From an uncultured Gemmatimonadaceae bacterium (GTDB taxonomy: Bacteria; Gemmatimonadota; Gemmatimonadetes; Gemmatimonadales; Gemmatimonadaceae): DNA of 64,000 bases. Positions 1 to 10,075 of the stretch are shown here, in pieces. A program made the position numbers and the translations under genes. Every line of letters starts with the position of its first letter. The stretch's first letter is position 1. Under the pieces are notes generated by a model. It was not told the DNA's origin and did no database searches. It saw only the letters and a program-made list of their open reading frames with translations. Where the stretch lies: positions 1,376,001-1,440,000 of the forward strand of contig CAVUDW010000002.1 of assembly GCA_963740355.1 (NCBI GenBank), written 5' to 3'.

Positions 1-1
1 C

Positions 2-61
2 AACGGCACCGGCTGGCTCGTCGGCCCGCGCGGACGTGTGGTGCGGGTCGACTGGCGCTGA
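2..61 (+). CDS. 3' end of a gene running in from the left edge (possibly YCF48/BNR-repeat beta-propeller)
   Basis: Frame from nt 2 reads NGTGWLVGPRGRVVRVDWR*; GW-x-VG-x-x-G resembles YCF48-type repeats. Confidence 0.45.
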   Translation, partial: NGTGWLVGPRGRVVRVDWR

Positions 62-103
62 CGACCGAACATCCGCTGACTCGGCTGCGTCAGCGCGCGA
101 CGG

Positions 104-265
104 TCAGGATTCGAGGCGCTCGGCGAGCTTGTAGCCGGCGTACATGCCGATACCCGTGCCGACCGTGCCAAGCATGAAGCCTGTCATCATGCCGACCTTC
201 GAGCCCGCCCAGCCGAGGACGGTACTGACGACGAGGCTGCCGGTGATGGAAAGGAGCTTCCGCAT
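104..265 (-). CDS. small membrane protein (Gly-rich, 2 TM)
   Basis: MRKLLSITGSLVVSTVLGWAG...GTGIGMYAGYKLAERLES; ATG at 265. Confidence 0.7.
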   Translation of the reverse strand: MRKLLSITGSLVVSTVLGWAGSKVGMMTGFMLGTVGTGIGMYAGYKLAERLES

Positions 266-456
266 GTCTGTTTGACTGCTGGTGAAGCGGCAGGTCACGG
301 AGGCGCCACGATCGAGACAACCCGGCGCCGACCCGGCGGCAACCACGCGGCTCGCTGCGTGGTCAGAGCGGAGGACAGGCCTGCGACGCACTCCGCCGAA
401 ACCGGCGCGAGAGGGTGCGCGTACCGTCCTTCATCCTTAGCCCACCGGAAGCCGTC

Positions 457-1254
457 ATGCGTCATCAAATCGCTGCCCTCGTCATCCTTGCCGCCGCCGC
501 CGCGCCGCTCTCCGCCCAGAGTGACGATGGCACGACCTTCCGCTGGTCCGGACCCGTGGCGTCGGGGCACTTCATCCGGCTGCACAACATGAATGGCGAC
601 ATCCTCGTCGAGCGCGGCTCGGGCTCGCAGGTCGAAGTCGTGGCCGAGCGAAAGGTCGAGCGCGGCGACCCCAAGATCGTCAGGTTCGAGGTACGGATGC
701 GCACCGATGGTGATGCCGTGATCTGTGCGCTCTGGGGCGCCGACATGCGGTGCACCGATGACGGCAGTCGCGGCAGCTACAACTCTGACAGCTGGCGCCG
801 GCGTGACAACATCAGCGTCACCATGCGGGTGCGTGTGCCGGACGGCGTCAAGGCGTATGCGCGCAGCACGAATGGCAGCGTGGATGTCTCGGGATTGTCG
901 TCCGAAGTCGACGCCGCCACCACCAACGGCGACGTGAAGGTGCGCACGTCGGGCGGCGTGGTGAATGCGAACACCACCAATGGCAGCGTGACGGCCTCGC
1001 TGGGAAGTCTGTCGGGCTCCGAGCCGATGCGTTTCACCACCACCAATGGCAGCGTGACGGTGTTTGCGCCGCCATCACTCAACGCCGACATCGAGATGTC
1101 TACCACCAATGGTGGCCTGAGCACCGACTTCCCGCTCACGGTCAGCGGCCGCTTCATGCGCAACTCGGTGCGTGGTACACTTGGGTCGGGCGGGCGACAG
1201 ATCGTCGTGCGTTCCACCAACGGCAACATCGCGCTGAAGCGAAACGGAATCTGA
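457..1254 (+). CDS. DUF4097 family beta-strand repeat (adhesin-like) secreted protein
   Basis: Signal peptide MRHQIAALVILAAAAAPLSAQ; repeated (S/T)TNG(S/D)V motifs. Confidence 0.85.
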   Translation: MRHQIAALVILAAAAAPLSAQSDDGTTFRWSGPVASGHFIRLHNMNGDILVERGSGSQVEVVAERKVERGDPKIVRFEVRMRTDGDAVICALWGADMRCTDDGSRGSYNSDSWRRRDNISVTMRVRVPDGVKAYARSTNGSVDVSGLSSEVDAATTNGDVKVRTSGGVVNANTTNGSVTASLGSLSGSEPMRFTTTNGSVTVFAPPSLNADIEMSTTNGGLSTDFPLTVSGRFMRNSVRGTLGSGGRQIVVRSTNGNIALKRNGI

Positions 1255-1311
1255 TTGGTTTCTGGCAAACGAGCGGGCATTCCATCTTCCGGGCGCATCA
1301 CCGGTGCGCCC

Positions 1312-1884
1312 GTGCGACCGCTGCTCCCGGACGATCCAGCGGCCCCGATCCGCGCCGTGCTGGTTGGCGAAGCGCCAGGCCCACGCGGCGCGGATCAATC
1401 AGGGATTCCATTTTTCGGTGATCGCGCCGGCAAGCCGCTCTACGCGGCGCTGGCGGCGGCCGGCGTCCTCACCTGGGTCGGCGATCCGACGCGGGTGCCA
1501 TGGGACGGTGTGGCATTGATCGGCGCTGGCGTGCGGCCCGTCGTGACCGGGGTGTTGCTCACCAATGCATACGACCGATGCCCCACCGACGACGGCAAGA
1601 AGTTCCGTGCGCCGTCGAAGAGTGAACGCGAGAGCGTCGCAAACCTCGAGCGCCTGCGCGGGGACATCGCGCTGGCCGCCAGTCGCGGTGCCGATCGAAT
1701 CTGCTGCCTGGGGAAGGTTGCGGCGAGCGTGGTCCAACTCAGTGGCACGACGCTCGCCGTGCACGCCCTGCCACATCCGAGTGCGCAGGGCCTGCTCACC
1801 TCGGCGCCGAATCGCGGCAAGGGCGCACGCATGGCCGATCTCGAAGCAGCGTGGATCGAGACCCTTGCCGCGTTGCTGCGCTAG
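1312..1884 (+). CDS. uracil-DNA glycosylase superfamily protein
   Basis: VLVGEAPG...GIPFFG motif A, TNA..C, LPHPS motif B; GTG start at 1312 is uncertain. Confidence 0.8.
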   Translation: MRPLLPDDPAAPIRAVLVGEAPGPRGADQSGIPFFGDRAGKPLYAALAAAGVLTWVGDPTRVPWDGVALIGAGVRPVVTGVLLTNAYDRCPTDDGKKFRAPSKSERESVANLERLRGDIALAASRGADRICCLGKVAASVVQLSGTTLAVHALPHPSAQGLLTSAPNRGKGARMADLEAAWIETLAALLR

Positions 1885-3225
1885 TCAGCGATTGCCGCCG
1901 AGATTGAAGAAGTCCAGCCGCGGATTCACCACGTTGTTGTAGATCGAGCCAAAGCTGTACGACAAGCCGGTGAAGACGAACACGCTGTAGTTGCTGGCCA
2001 GGGCCCGCTGCTGCGTGAGGATCTGCTCCGGCGTCTGCCCTTCGGCTGCGAGGAAGATCTGGTCGCGGATCAGTGACGCGCCACCGCCGACGTTGAACGA
2101 GAGCCCCTTCACCAGGTTCAGGTTCGTCTGGCCGTTGATGCTCAGGTTCCACTTCTTCACGTCGGGGATGAAGCTGGCGTACCGCGAGCTGATGTTGACA
2201 CTCCCCCAGCTCTTGCGGATGTCCGAGCCGACGACCAACTCCTGCTGCGCACGCCATTCGTGCTCACGCCCGAAGATGGTCGGCTCCTTCCAGCGATAGT
2301 AGCGCGGCCCGACCCCGTAGGAGATTGCGACCTGTTCGCTGGTCGCCCGTTTCCAGGGAAAGAAGTTGTACTCGATCACGGGCGCTGCACGCCAGAACAG
2401 CTGCGTATTGTTGAATTCACTGAAGCCGAGGTTCGTCATCAACCCGGCCGACAGTCGTGGCCCCAGCGCCTTGACGCCGCGAATGAAGAACACGCCGTTC
2501 CGGATCGTGTTGGTGACGGTCGTCGAGTCGTCGAGCTCGAACTTGTTGTAGCGCGCACTCTGGTTGAAACCGAATCGCAGGGCACTCGTCTCGGTGACGC
2601 GCCGGATACGGATGTCGGTATACACCTCCGCGAAGGTCTGTCGCGCCTCGGTGTTCATGTATCCATTCGCTTCGAGTTGCAGCACGAAGTTGTTCCACTT
2701 GTCCCGCACGGCACTCTGCGACATCGGCGGTGTGCCGGCAGGGGACTCGTAGATCACGCGCAATCGTGGTGCCATGGCCGTGGTGCGCAGGTACGGGACG
2801 AGCAGCAACGAGAAGTTCGAGGAGAGTTTGCGCCGGATCCCATCCTCGGCTTCGTTGGGAAGGGTGTTCACGATGCTGGTGTCCGCGCGCCCATCGAACC
2901 GGCCGCGGCCCAGCGCAGTGACCGTGTACTGAAAGGCGCCGCTGCCGGTCTGGATCGTGGTCACGAGAAACTGCACGTCGGCAAAGAGTCGATCGCGTGT
3001 CCACGAGACATACGGCAGTTCCGTCACGAAGAAGTCTGCCGAACAGCCTTGATTGGTGTCGCCTCGGCATTCCAGGTAGGCCTTGATCGTCTCGCCGCCT
3101 GCGGCTGGCGCGACGCCGGAAGCCGGCGATGGCACCGCTGGCTGCGCGGCTGCAGGACGTGCGAAACAGACCGACAGAACGAGAGCAAGAACGGCGAGTG
3201 CGGTCGGCCGAGAGCAGGGAAGCAC
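1885..3225 (-). CDS. hypothetical exported, probably outer-membrane beta-barrel protein
   Basis: Signal peptide; amphipathic strands; C-terminal GLSYSFGSIYNNVVNPR. Confidence 0.7.
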   Translation of the reverse strand: MLPCSRPTALAVLALVLSVCFARPAAAQPAVPSPASGVAPAAGGETIKAYLECRGDTNQGCSADFFVTELPYVSWTRDRLFADVQFLVTTIQTGSGAFQYTVTALGRGRFDGRADTSIVNTLPNEAEDGIRRKLSSNFSLLLVPYLRTTAMAPRLRVIYESPAGTPPMSQSAVRDKWNNFVLQLEANGYMNTEARQTFAEVYTDIRIRRVTETSALRFGFNQSARYNKFELDDSTTVTNTIRNGVFFIRGVKALGPRLSAGLMTNLGFSEFNNTQLFWRAAPVIEYNFFPWKRATSEQVAISYGVGPRYYRWKEPTIFGREHEWRAQQELVVGSDIRKSWGSVNISSRYASFIPDVKKWNLSINGQTNLNLVKGLSFNVGGGASLIRDQIFLAAEGQTPEQILTQQRALASNYSVFVFTGLSYSFGSIYNNVVNPRLDFFNLGGNR

Positions 3226-3366
3226 GGGGGAGCCGGTGCGAGTGAAACAGCGGGAGCAGCCGCGTTCGAGGCCGCACGAAGTGACGAGGCGCGCGCGCTC
3301 GTCGACCCGACGACCACGCTACAAGCTGGTTGCGCGCAACCTTAGTTTCCGCTCGCAGAGCAATCG

Positions 3367-4386
3367 TTGCCTCTTACCCACGGTCCCGTGTCGCGTCATC
3401 GTCTGATTGTTACTGGTGGAGCCGGATTCATAGGCAGCGCCACCATCTGGCAGCTGAACAAGCTTGGGTACGACGACATCATTTGCGTCGACGCCCTGCG
3501 CACGGGCGACAAGTGGAAGAACCTGGTTGGCCTTCGCATTACAGACGCCCTCCACAAGGACGATTTCCTCGCCACGTTGCGGCGGAATTCTGGGGCGTTC
3601 CAGGCCGACACGGTGATCCATTTCGGCGCCTGCTCAGCCACCACCGAACGGGATGCTGACTACCTGCTGGCGAACAACACGCATTACACCAGTGAACTCT
3701 GTGAATGGTCGCTGGAGCGGCACGCGCGCTTCATCTACGCCAGCAGCGCTGCCACCTACGGTGCGGCGGCGGGTGGATTCGACGACGATCCGGCGCGCCT
3801 GGAGTCGCTGGTCCCGCTCAACATGTACGGCTTCTCGAAGCACCTCTTCGACTTGCAAGCGGCGCGCTCAGGGCTGCTGAACCAGATCGTGGGGCTGAAG
3901 TTCTTCAACGTCTTCGGGCCCAACGAATACCATAAGGGCGACATGATGAGTGTCGTCTGCAAGGCGCACCGGCAGATCGCGACCACGGGCGAGCTGGAGC
4001 TGTTCCAGTCACATCGGCCCGAGTTCGCGGACGGCGAGCAGAAGCGCGACTTCGTGTATGTGAAGGACGCGACGGCGGTGATCGCGTGGCTGGTGGCGGC
4101 GCCGCAGGTGCACGGCCTCTTCAACCTCGGCACTGGACAGGCGCGCAGCTGGAATGCGCTCGCGAATGCGGTGTTCAAGGCGATGAAGGTCACGCCGAAG
4201 ATCCGCTATGTGCCGATGCCGGAGTCGATCCGCGACCGGTACCAGTACTTCACCCAGGCCTCCATGGCGCAGCTCTCAGCGGCCGGATGCCCCGTGAAGT
4301 TCACCTCGCTCGAGGACGCGGTGCAGGACTACGTCACGAACTACCTCGCCCGGGATGAATCGACGCTGGGCGTGGTCGGGGGCTGA
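3367..4386 (+). CDS. hldD: ADP-L-glycero-D-manno-heptose 6-epimerase
   Basis: IVTGGAGFIGS, HFGACSATTE, YASSAATYG, PLNMYGFSK, FFNVFGPNEYHKG, RDFVYVKD; start uncertain. Confidence 0.93.
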   Translation: MPLTHGPVSRHRLIVTGGAGFIGSATIWQLNKLGYDDIICVDALRTGDKWKNLVGLRITDALHKDDFLATLRRNSGAFQADTVIHFGACSATTERDADYLLANNTHYTSELCEWSLERHARFIYASSAATYGAAAGGFDDDPARLESLVPLNMYGFSKHLFDLQAARSGLLNQIVGLKFFNVFGPNEYHKGDMMSVVCKAHRQIATTGELELFQSHRPEFADGEQKRDFVYVKDATAVIAWLVAAPQVHGLFNLGTGQARSWNALANAVFKAMKVTPKIRYVPMPESIRDRYQYFTQASMAQLSAAGCPVKFTSLEDAVQDYVTNYLARDESTLGVVGG

Positions 4387-4397
4387 CTCACAGCCCC

Positions 4398-4880
4398 TCA
4401 GTCATCGAGAGGCTGCAGGAGCCCGAGCGGCGGAAAGAGCTGGTCGCTGACATCGGCACCGGACGAGGCCACCGCCTCACGCAGGGTCGCAAGTTCCTCT
4501 TCCGCGTAATCGCTGGCGGTGATCGCGAAGCAATCGCGGAAGAGTGTGTCGGGTAATCCGGCCCGCACCGGCTGTGCGCCGCCTGCCTGATCCCAATAGA
4601 TGTCGAAGTCGAACGTCCAGGGGCCGATCGTCAATCGCAGGAGCACCCGATCGGAGTCGCAGTCCTGGAACAGCTGACCCCGGTGGAGCATCTGCTGGAC
4701 CCACAGCGCGGCCAACCGCCCATGGTCGCCTTCGGTCCGAAACAGCGCATCGGACGCTTCGCGCAGGTGCCAACCGTAACGCCGACCAAAGGTCAGGCGA
4801 ACGTCCGTGCTCTCGTCATTCAGTTCGTCGAGTGGCCACATCGGAGATTCTTGGGTTGGGAGGCAGGGACGATTCTCCAC
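4398..4880 (-). CDS. hypothetical acidic protein
   Basis: 160-aa ORF filling the gap with protein-like composition; start may be at MWPLDE. Confidence 0.55.
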   Translation of the reverse strand: MENRPCLPTQESPMWPLDELNDESTDVRLTFGRRYGWHLREASDALFRTEGDHGRLAALWVQQMLHRGQLFQDCDSDRVLLRLTIGPWTFDFDIYWDQAGGAQPVRAGLPDTLFRDCFAITASDYAEEELATLREAVASSGADVSDQLFPPLGLLQPLDD

Positions 4881-4969
4881 CCTGTACCGCCAACGTGCAA
4901 TGGGTGGGGTTACTTCCGGTCGAAATATGCCAGAGATCGGTGCTCGATCCGGTAGTCTGGTCTGCTTTG

Positions 4970-4994
4970 TAACGCGTTGAAAATCAACGCTTTA
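4970..4994. promoter_or_regulatory. dyad IHF-like site
   Basis: TAACGCGTTG-AAAAT-CAACGCTTTA contains AATCAAcgctTTA, matching WATCAANNNNTTR; lies in a divergent intergenic region. Confidence 0.55.
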
Positions 4995-5205
4995 TGGCAA
5001 TTTCATCGTCTCCCATCGGCCGGTCGGCCGAGCGCAAGATTGACACATGGACGGGATTGCTAACCGCACCCGTGTGTCGTCCCGCGGCGATGAGACTGCT
5101 CCAGCGTCGATTTCGCGTTCCATCAACGCGCTGGCCACGCGCAAAACCTGCAACGCACGCCGTCGCCCTTGCGCTGGTGTCGGAGGCGGCGCACCGTCCC
5201 CCGCC

Positions 5206-6462
5206 ATGACCCCTGCCAGCTACCTCCGCGCGTCGATCGTCGCCTTCCTCTGTGTCGCTCCCGTGAACGTCGCCCTCGCCGCGCCGCGGGCCGCCGAGGT
5301 GCCGAGCTCTGGGCCCGTCACCCCCGGGATCACGGTACTGGTGCGAGACTCGATCCACCTGATCCGCGGCAAGCGTGTCGGACTCATCACCAACCACACG
5401 GGACGGGACGCAGCCGGTGTCAGCAGCATCGACCTGCTCGCCAAGGCGCCCGGCGTGCAGCTCGTGGCCCTGTTCGGACCCGAGCACGGCCTGCGCGGCG
5501 TGGCTCAGGCGGGGGAGAAGGTGGCGTCCTCGGTCGACAGTGCCACGGGCGTCACCATTTTCTCGCTTTACGGCAACACCAAGGTGCCGACGGCGGAGAT
5601 GCTGAAGAACGTCGATGTCCTCGTGTACGACATCCAGGACGTCGGCTCGCGCACCTATACCTACGCCTGGACAATGGCGCTCTCGGCCGACGCGGCGGGG
5701 AAGGCCGGCATTCCGTTCATCGTCTGTGATCGTCCCGATCCGGTGCGCGGTGATATCGTCGCCGGCGCCGTTCTGGACACGGCCTATCGCTCGTTCGTCG
5801 GGCAGTATCCGGTGACGCTGCGGTATGGCCTGACCGCCGGTGAACTTCTGCGACACCTCGTGCGCACGAAGCAGGTGCATGCGAACGTCACCGTGGTGCC
5901 GATGCAGGGCTGGCGACGCGACATGTGGTACGACGAAACGGGACTGCCGTGGGTCGTGCCGTCACCGAACCTGAAGACGCTCGATGCAGCGATTCTCTAT
6001 ACCGGCACGGTGTTCGTCGAAGGGTCCAACCTGAGTGAAGGTCGCGGCACTGATGCCCCCTTCCAGCTGGTGGGCGCACCGTGGCTCACCGACGCCGGTG
6101 CCATTGCCGCGTCGCTGCAGGCGATGCAAATGCCCGGCGTGCGCTTCGACACGGTCACGCGCACGATCGCGGCCGGTCAGAAGCACGCTGGCGCCACCAT
6201 TCCGATGGTGCGCATCACGATCACCGATCGCAATGTGATCGACCCGGTGCAGGTCGGTCTCACCCTCCTCTCCGCGATTCGTCGCCGGCACGAAAAGGAT
6301 CTCGTCTGGCGCGACGCCTTCATGGCGCAACTGGCAGGCACGCGCGCGCTGATCGGCGCGCTGAATACATCGGATGCCGCAGTGGTGGCGCTGCGAGCGC
6401 AGTGGCGTCGCGATGCGGTGCGTTTCGCGGCATCGACGCGCGTCGATCAACTCTACCGCTGA
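5206..6462 (+). CDS. namZ: DUF1343 family exo-beta-N-acetylmuramidase (NamZ-like)
   Basis: GKRVGLITNHTG, LFGPEHGLRG, DIQDVGSRTYTY, PSPNL, SEGRGT; signal peptide. Confidence 0.9.
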   Translation: MTPASYLRASIVAFLCVAPVNVALAAPRAAEVPSSGPVTPGITVLVRDSIHLIRGKRVGLITNHTGRDAAGVSSIDLLAKAPGVQLVALFGPEHGLRGVAQAGEKVASSVDSATGVTIFSLYGNTKVPTAEMLKNVDVLVYDIQDVGSRTYTYAWTMALSADAAGKAGIPFIVCDRPDPVRGDIVAGAVLDTAYRSFVGQYPVTLRYGLTAGELLRHLVRTKQVHANVTVVPMQGWRRDMWYDETGLPWVVPSPNLKTLDAAILYTGTVFVEGSNLSEGRGTDAPFQLVGAPWLTDAGAIAASLQAMQMPGVRFDTVTRTIAAGQKHAGATIPMVRITITDRNVIDPVQVGLTLLSAIRRRHEKDLVWRDAFMAQLAGTRALIGALNTSDAAVVALRAQWRRDAVRFAASTRVDQLYR

Positions 6463-6532
6463 TCGGCCTGCGCACGTGTTTTGGCGGTGACAGCGCGCGG
6501 GTCGTCCGGGCGCGCTGCCACCGTGCATCGCG

Positions 6533-7018
6533 TCAGGCCTGCGTGCGACCCATGCGTGTCGCGTAGACGCTGCGGCGCTGATCGCGGCCAAGAGCGATCA
6601 CGTCGTATCGCTCCGGCGACGGGCCTTCCATGCCAGGTGAACCGGCCGGCATTCCCGGGACGAAGAGGCCCACGATGGCCGGCTTTTCCTTCAACACTTT
6701 CTGCACCAGGTCGGGCGGCACGTGCCCCTCGAACAGGTACCCGGCAACCACACCGGTGTGGCACGACGCCAGGGCTTCCGGCACACCGAGTGAACCCTTT
6801 ACTGCGCCGATGTTGGGTGTGTCCCGAACATCCACCACGAAGCCAGCCTTTCGCATCGCCTCGTTCCAGGCGGTGCAGCAGCCGCAGTTCGGGTCCTTGT
6901 AGACGGTGATCCGCGTGGCCGGCGGCAGCGCCGAAGCCTGCTGGCTGACCAAGGCGGAGGCACCGGCGAAAACGGCGGCACGGAGCAGGAACGCGCGACG
7001 ATCGAGTGGCTCGGACAT
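6533..7018 (-). CDS. DUF411 metal-binding protein, Tat signal
   Basis: RRAFL Tat motif; KDPNCGCC, SCHT, EGHVP, PGMPAGSPGME. Confidence 0.9.
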   Translation of the reverse strand: MSEPLDRRAFLLRAAVFAGASALVSQQASALPPATRITVYKDPNCGCCTAWNEAMRKAGFVVDVRDTPNIGAVKGSLGVPEALASCHTGVVAGYLFEGHVPPDLVQKVLKEKPAIVGLFVPGMPAGSPGMEGPSPERYDVIALGRDQRRSVYATRMGRTQA

Positions 7019-7044
7019 GCTGCAAGATAGCTATTTTCACCACC

Positions 7045-8340
7045 ATGGCCATCATCGAAGCCTCCATCCCGCTTTTCTTCCTGCTCATCATCGTCGAGCT
7101 GGTGGTGGCCCGGCGCAGGCACCTGCGCCTGTACCGACTGAACGACTCCATCAGCGACCTCTCCTGCGGCATCCTCAGCCAGCTGCTGGGCATCTTCACC
7201 AAGTTGCTCGTGCTCGGCGTGTTCGCCTGGTGCGCCGCACACCTCTCGCTGCAGCGACTTGGCCTGCTGCCGGCGTGGATCGAGCGTGTGCCGTTCGGCA
7301 GCAGTGCCGTGCCGGGGGTGTGGGGAGTCGACTGGCCGGCGTGGGGCAGCTGGGCACTGGCGTTCCTGCTCGTCGATCTCGCGTACTACTTCCTGCACCG
7401 CTACTCGCACACCATCCACGTATTGTGGGCTGGACATGTCGTGCACCACTCGAGTGAGGAGTACAACCTCACAGTCGCACTCCGGCAAAGTTCGCTGCAT
7501 GGGCTTTTCAGCTGGGTGTTCTTCATCCCGCTGGCAGTGATCGGCATGCCATGGCAGCTGTTCGCCGCCTGCTACGCACTCAACCTCGTCTACCAGTTCT
7601 GGATTCACACGCGCGAGATCGACCGACTGCCGCTCGGCCTCGAATGGTGGCTCAATACGCCCTCCCACCACCGCGTGCATCACGGCGTGAATCCACAGTA
7701 CATGGACAAGAACTACGCCGGTGCGCTGATCATCTGGGATCGGATGTTCGGCACCTTCGAGCCGGAGGTCGAGCCGGTGGTGTACGGCATCACCACGCCC
7801 CTCGAGAGCTGGAATCCGGTCTGGGCCAACGTGCATGTCTTCGCGGACATCGCACGCAACGCCGCGCGCACGGCTCGGTGGAGCGACAAGTGGCGCGTGA
7901 TCTTCGGCCATCCGGGCTACGTTCCGGCTGACCTCGCAACAGATGCGCCAGCGAAGCATGCGTGGCCAGTGCACGCGCCACAATTCGACCCGGTCGTGCC
8001 GCGCGAGCACCAGTTCTACGGCGCGGCGCAGTTCGTCGCGCTGCTGACGGCGGCCTACCTCACACTCGTCGCCGCAGCCAGCATGGCGTCCCACGAGATC
8101 GCCGCGATGCTCTTCTTCGTCACACTCGGTCTCGCCAATGTCGGCGCATTGTTCGAAGGCAAGGCCTGGGTCTACCCGATCGAGTTTGCGCGATTGGCGA
8201 CGATCAGCGTGGCATCGTGTGCGTTCCTCGCGCGCGGCCAGCATGTCGCATGGTCCAGCGCCGTCCTGCTGGGATGCATCACGTCCGCGATCTGGCTGTT
8301 GCGCCTGCGAAGCCGGAGCCCCGTGCAGCAATCGCGATAG
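7045..8340 (+). CDS. sterol desaturase/fatty-acid hydroxylase family (alkylglycerol monooxygenase-like)
   Basis: His boxes HRYSH, HVVHHSS, QFWIH, HHRVHH; DKNYAG; WDRMFGTF. Confidence 0.9.
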   Translation: MAIIEASIPLFFLLIIVELVVARRRHLRLYRLNDSISDLSCGILSQLLGIFTKLLVLGVFAWCAAHLSLQRLGLLPAWIERVPFGSSAVPGVWGVDWPAWGSWALAFLLVDLAYYFLHRYSHTIHVLWAGHVVHHSSEEYNLTVALRQSSLHGLFSWVFFIPLAVIGMPWQLFAACYALNLVYQFWIHTREIDRLPLGLEWWLNTPSHHRVHHGVNPQYMDKNYAGALIIWDRMFGTFEPEVEPVVYGITTPLESWNPVWANVHVFADIARNAARTARWSDKWRVIFGHPGYVPADLATDAPAKHAWPVHAPQFDPVVPREHQFYGAAQFVALLTAAYLTLVAAASMASHEIAAMLFFVTLGLANVGALFEGKAWVYPIEFARLATISVASCAFLARGQHVAWSSAVLLGCITSAIWLLRLRSRSPVQQSR

Positions 8341-8367
8341 GCGCCAGCTGGCGTCAGCGCGTCGACT

Positions 8368-8757
8368 CTACTTCGAGAGTGCTCGACCGAGTGACATGCC
8401 GATCACCATGGCACCGACGCCCAGCACGAGGCTGAACATGACATAGGTGGTGATCATCGTCATGCGACCCTCCTCGAGCCCCTTCACGATATCCATCGAG
8501 AAGGCCGAGAAGGTGGTGAAGCCGCCGCAGAGGCCCGTCGTGATCATGATGCGCGTGGTGTCGCTCATCGTTCCGTTTTGCACGCCATAACGGACCGCGA
8601 TGCCGAACACGAAACAGCCGATCACGTTCACCAGCAGCACGCCGAGTGGGAAAACATCGGTGACGCGCGTGTTGGTGAACGACACCAGCAGCATGCGCAG
8701 CACGCCGCCCACGGCGCTTGCGACGGCGACGAGCAGGATCGACGCGAGGGAGGGCAT
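8368..8757 (-). CDS. crcB: fluoride efflux channel Fluc/CrcB
   Basis: GGVLR, FPLGVLLVNVIG, TTGLCGGFTTFSAF; start overlaps upstream stop (TAATG). Confidence 0.92.
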   Translation of the reverse strand: MPSLASILLVAVASAVGGVLRMLLVSFTNTRVTDVFPLGVLLVNVIGCFVFGIAVRYGVQNGTMSDTTRIMITTGLCGGFTTFSAFSMDIVKGLEEGRMTMITTYVMFSLVLGVGAMVIGMSLGRALSK

Positions 8758-9935
8758 TACGCGGCCACCACCGTATCCTGCTCGTACTGGCGCGTGCGCC
8801 ACTGCCTTGGCCGCTTGAGCGACGATAGCACGATCCGAATGGCGGCCAGCGGGTCCGCCGTAAACGACAACCAGAACGTCCAGTGACGCACCGCGTACGA
8901 ACCGGCGAGCCCGAATTGCAGGAGCACACGCGCGACCACGAGTCCGACGTTCATCCAGAACCAGATGGCTGCCGGGCCACCCACGCGCCAATCCGGAATA
9001 CCGGTGGCCAGTGCGACCAGGACCGCTGGCAGCGGAACGAATTGCGTCAGCAGCACGAAGCAGACGTCCCAGAACTGGGTCCATGACGTCGTGCCGTCCT
9101 TGAGATCGATCGAGCGCCCCCATTCGCGCCACATCTGCCCGATGCCGCTGTACGCGCGCACGCCGATGATGCGTGCGCCATCGAGGAAGCCCACCTTCGC
9201 GCCGTTGCGTGCCATGTGGCGCGCCAGGGTCACGTCGTCGCACCAGCTGCGACGTGCGCTGCTGTACCCGCCATTGGCCAGCAGCGTGCTGCGCTTCGCG
9301 AGAAAACATTGCCCGTTGGCCATCACCCGATCCGGCGATGGTGCACGTTCGCCCGCCGCACCGAAGCGATAGACGAGCGTCACCAGCATGGCAGGTTGCA
9401 ACCACTGCTCCGCCACCGTCATCTCGTTGAAACGTGGCGCGAAGCTGACGGCATCGTAGCCCAGTGACTCGGCGGCGTTGACGGCAGCGGCCACGAGGCC
9501 CGGCTGAGGCGTCGTATCGGCGTCGATGCCAAGCACCCACTCTCCCTTCGCATGCCTGAGGCCGTGCTCGAGAGCCCAGACCTTGCCCACCCACTCCGGC
9601 GGCAGCGGGTCGTCGTGCATCGGCACGATGCGCGAATCGAGTGTCGCCGCCGATTGAATCAGCTCCCAGGTGCCGTCGGTGGACCGGCTGTCGACGATCA
9701 GCGCCTCCAGCATCGCCGGGCCCTGCCGGCGCAGGCCGTCGAGGCAGGGCCCAATGCGGTGTGCCTCGTCGAGGCTCGTCACCACCACCGTGACGCGTCC
9801 CGCATGCGCATCGCCAAGCAGCGGCGCGATGGGGGGACGGCGTGTACGGCCGGGCAGCAGGCGGACCACCAGCAGGAGGGTGGCGAGGCCCTGCACGGCG
9901 ACCAGCGCAGCGAACGCAACAGAAAGGGAGGGCAC
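8757..9935 (-). CDS. GT2 glycosyltransferase, CruG/HpnB-like
   Basis: N-terminal TM, PPEWVGKVWAL, IDADT, ANGQC, DDVTLAR, EWGRSIDLKD, C-terminal TMs; GTG start. Confidence 0.8.
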   Translation of the reverse strand: MPSLSVAFAALVAVQGLATLLLVVRLLPGRTRRPPIAPLLGDAHAGRVTVVVTSLDEAHRIGPCLDGLRRQGPAMLEALIVDSRSTDGTWELIQSAATLDSRIVPMHDDPLPPEWVGKVWALEHGLRHAKGEWVLGIDADTTPQPGLVAAAVNAAESLGYDAVSFAPRFNEMTVAEQWLQPAMLVTLVYRFGAAGERAPSPDRVMANGQCFLAKRSTLLANGGYSSARRSWCDDVTLARHMARNGAKVGFLDGARIIGVRAYSGIGQMWREWGRSIDLKDGTTSWTQFWDVCFVLLTQFVPLPAVLVALATGIPDWRVGGPAAIWFWMNVGLVVARVLLQFGLAGSYAVRHWTFWLSFTADPLAAIRIVLSSLKRPRQWRTRQYEQDTVVAA

Positions 9936-10075
9936 GTGGCGAATGTACGGGTCCGGGCGATGATTGGCAGTGGCGGGCGGGTGGGAACATCCGCTACCAC
10001 GGCGGCATACCTTTGATGTTCCACCGGCCGCTGCCTCGCGTCGAGTGGACATTCACTCCAAACAGCTCCCAACTC

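Noticed and set aside
8930..10075. Fluoride riboswitch for crcB
   Set aside because: crcB is coupled to the upstream gene, and I could not identify the full motif upstream
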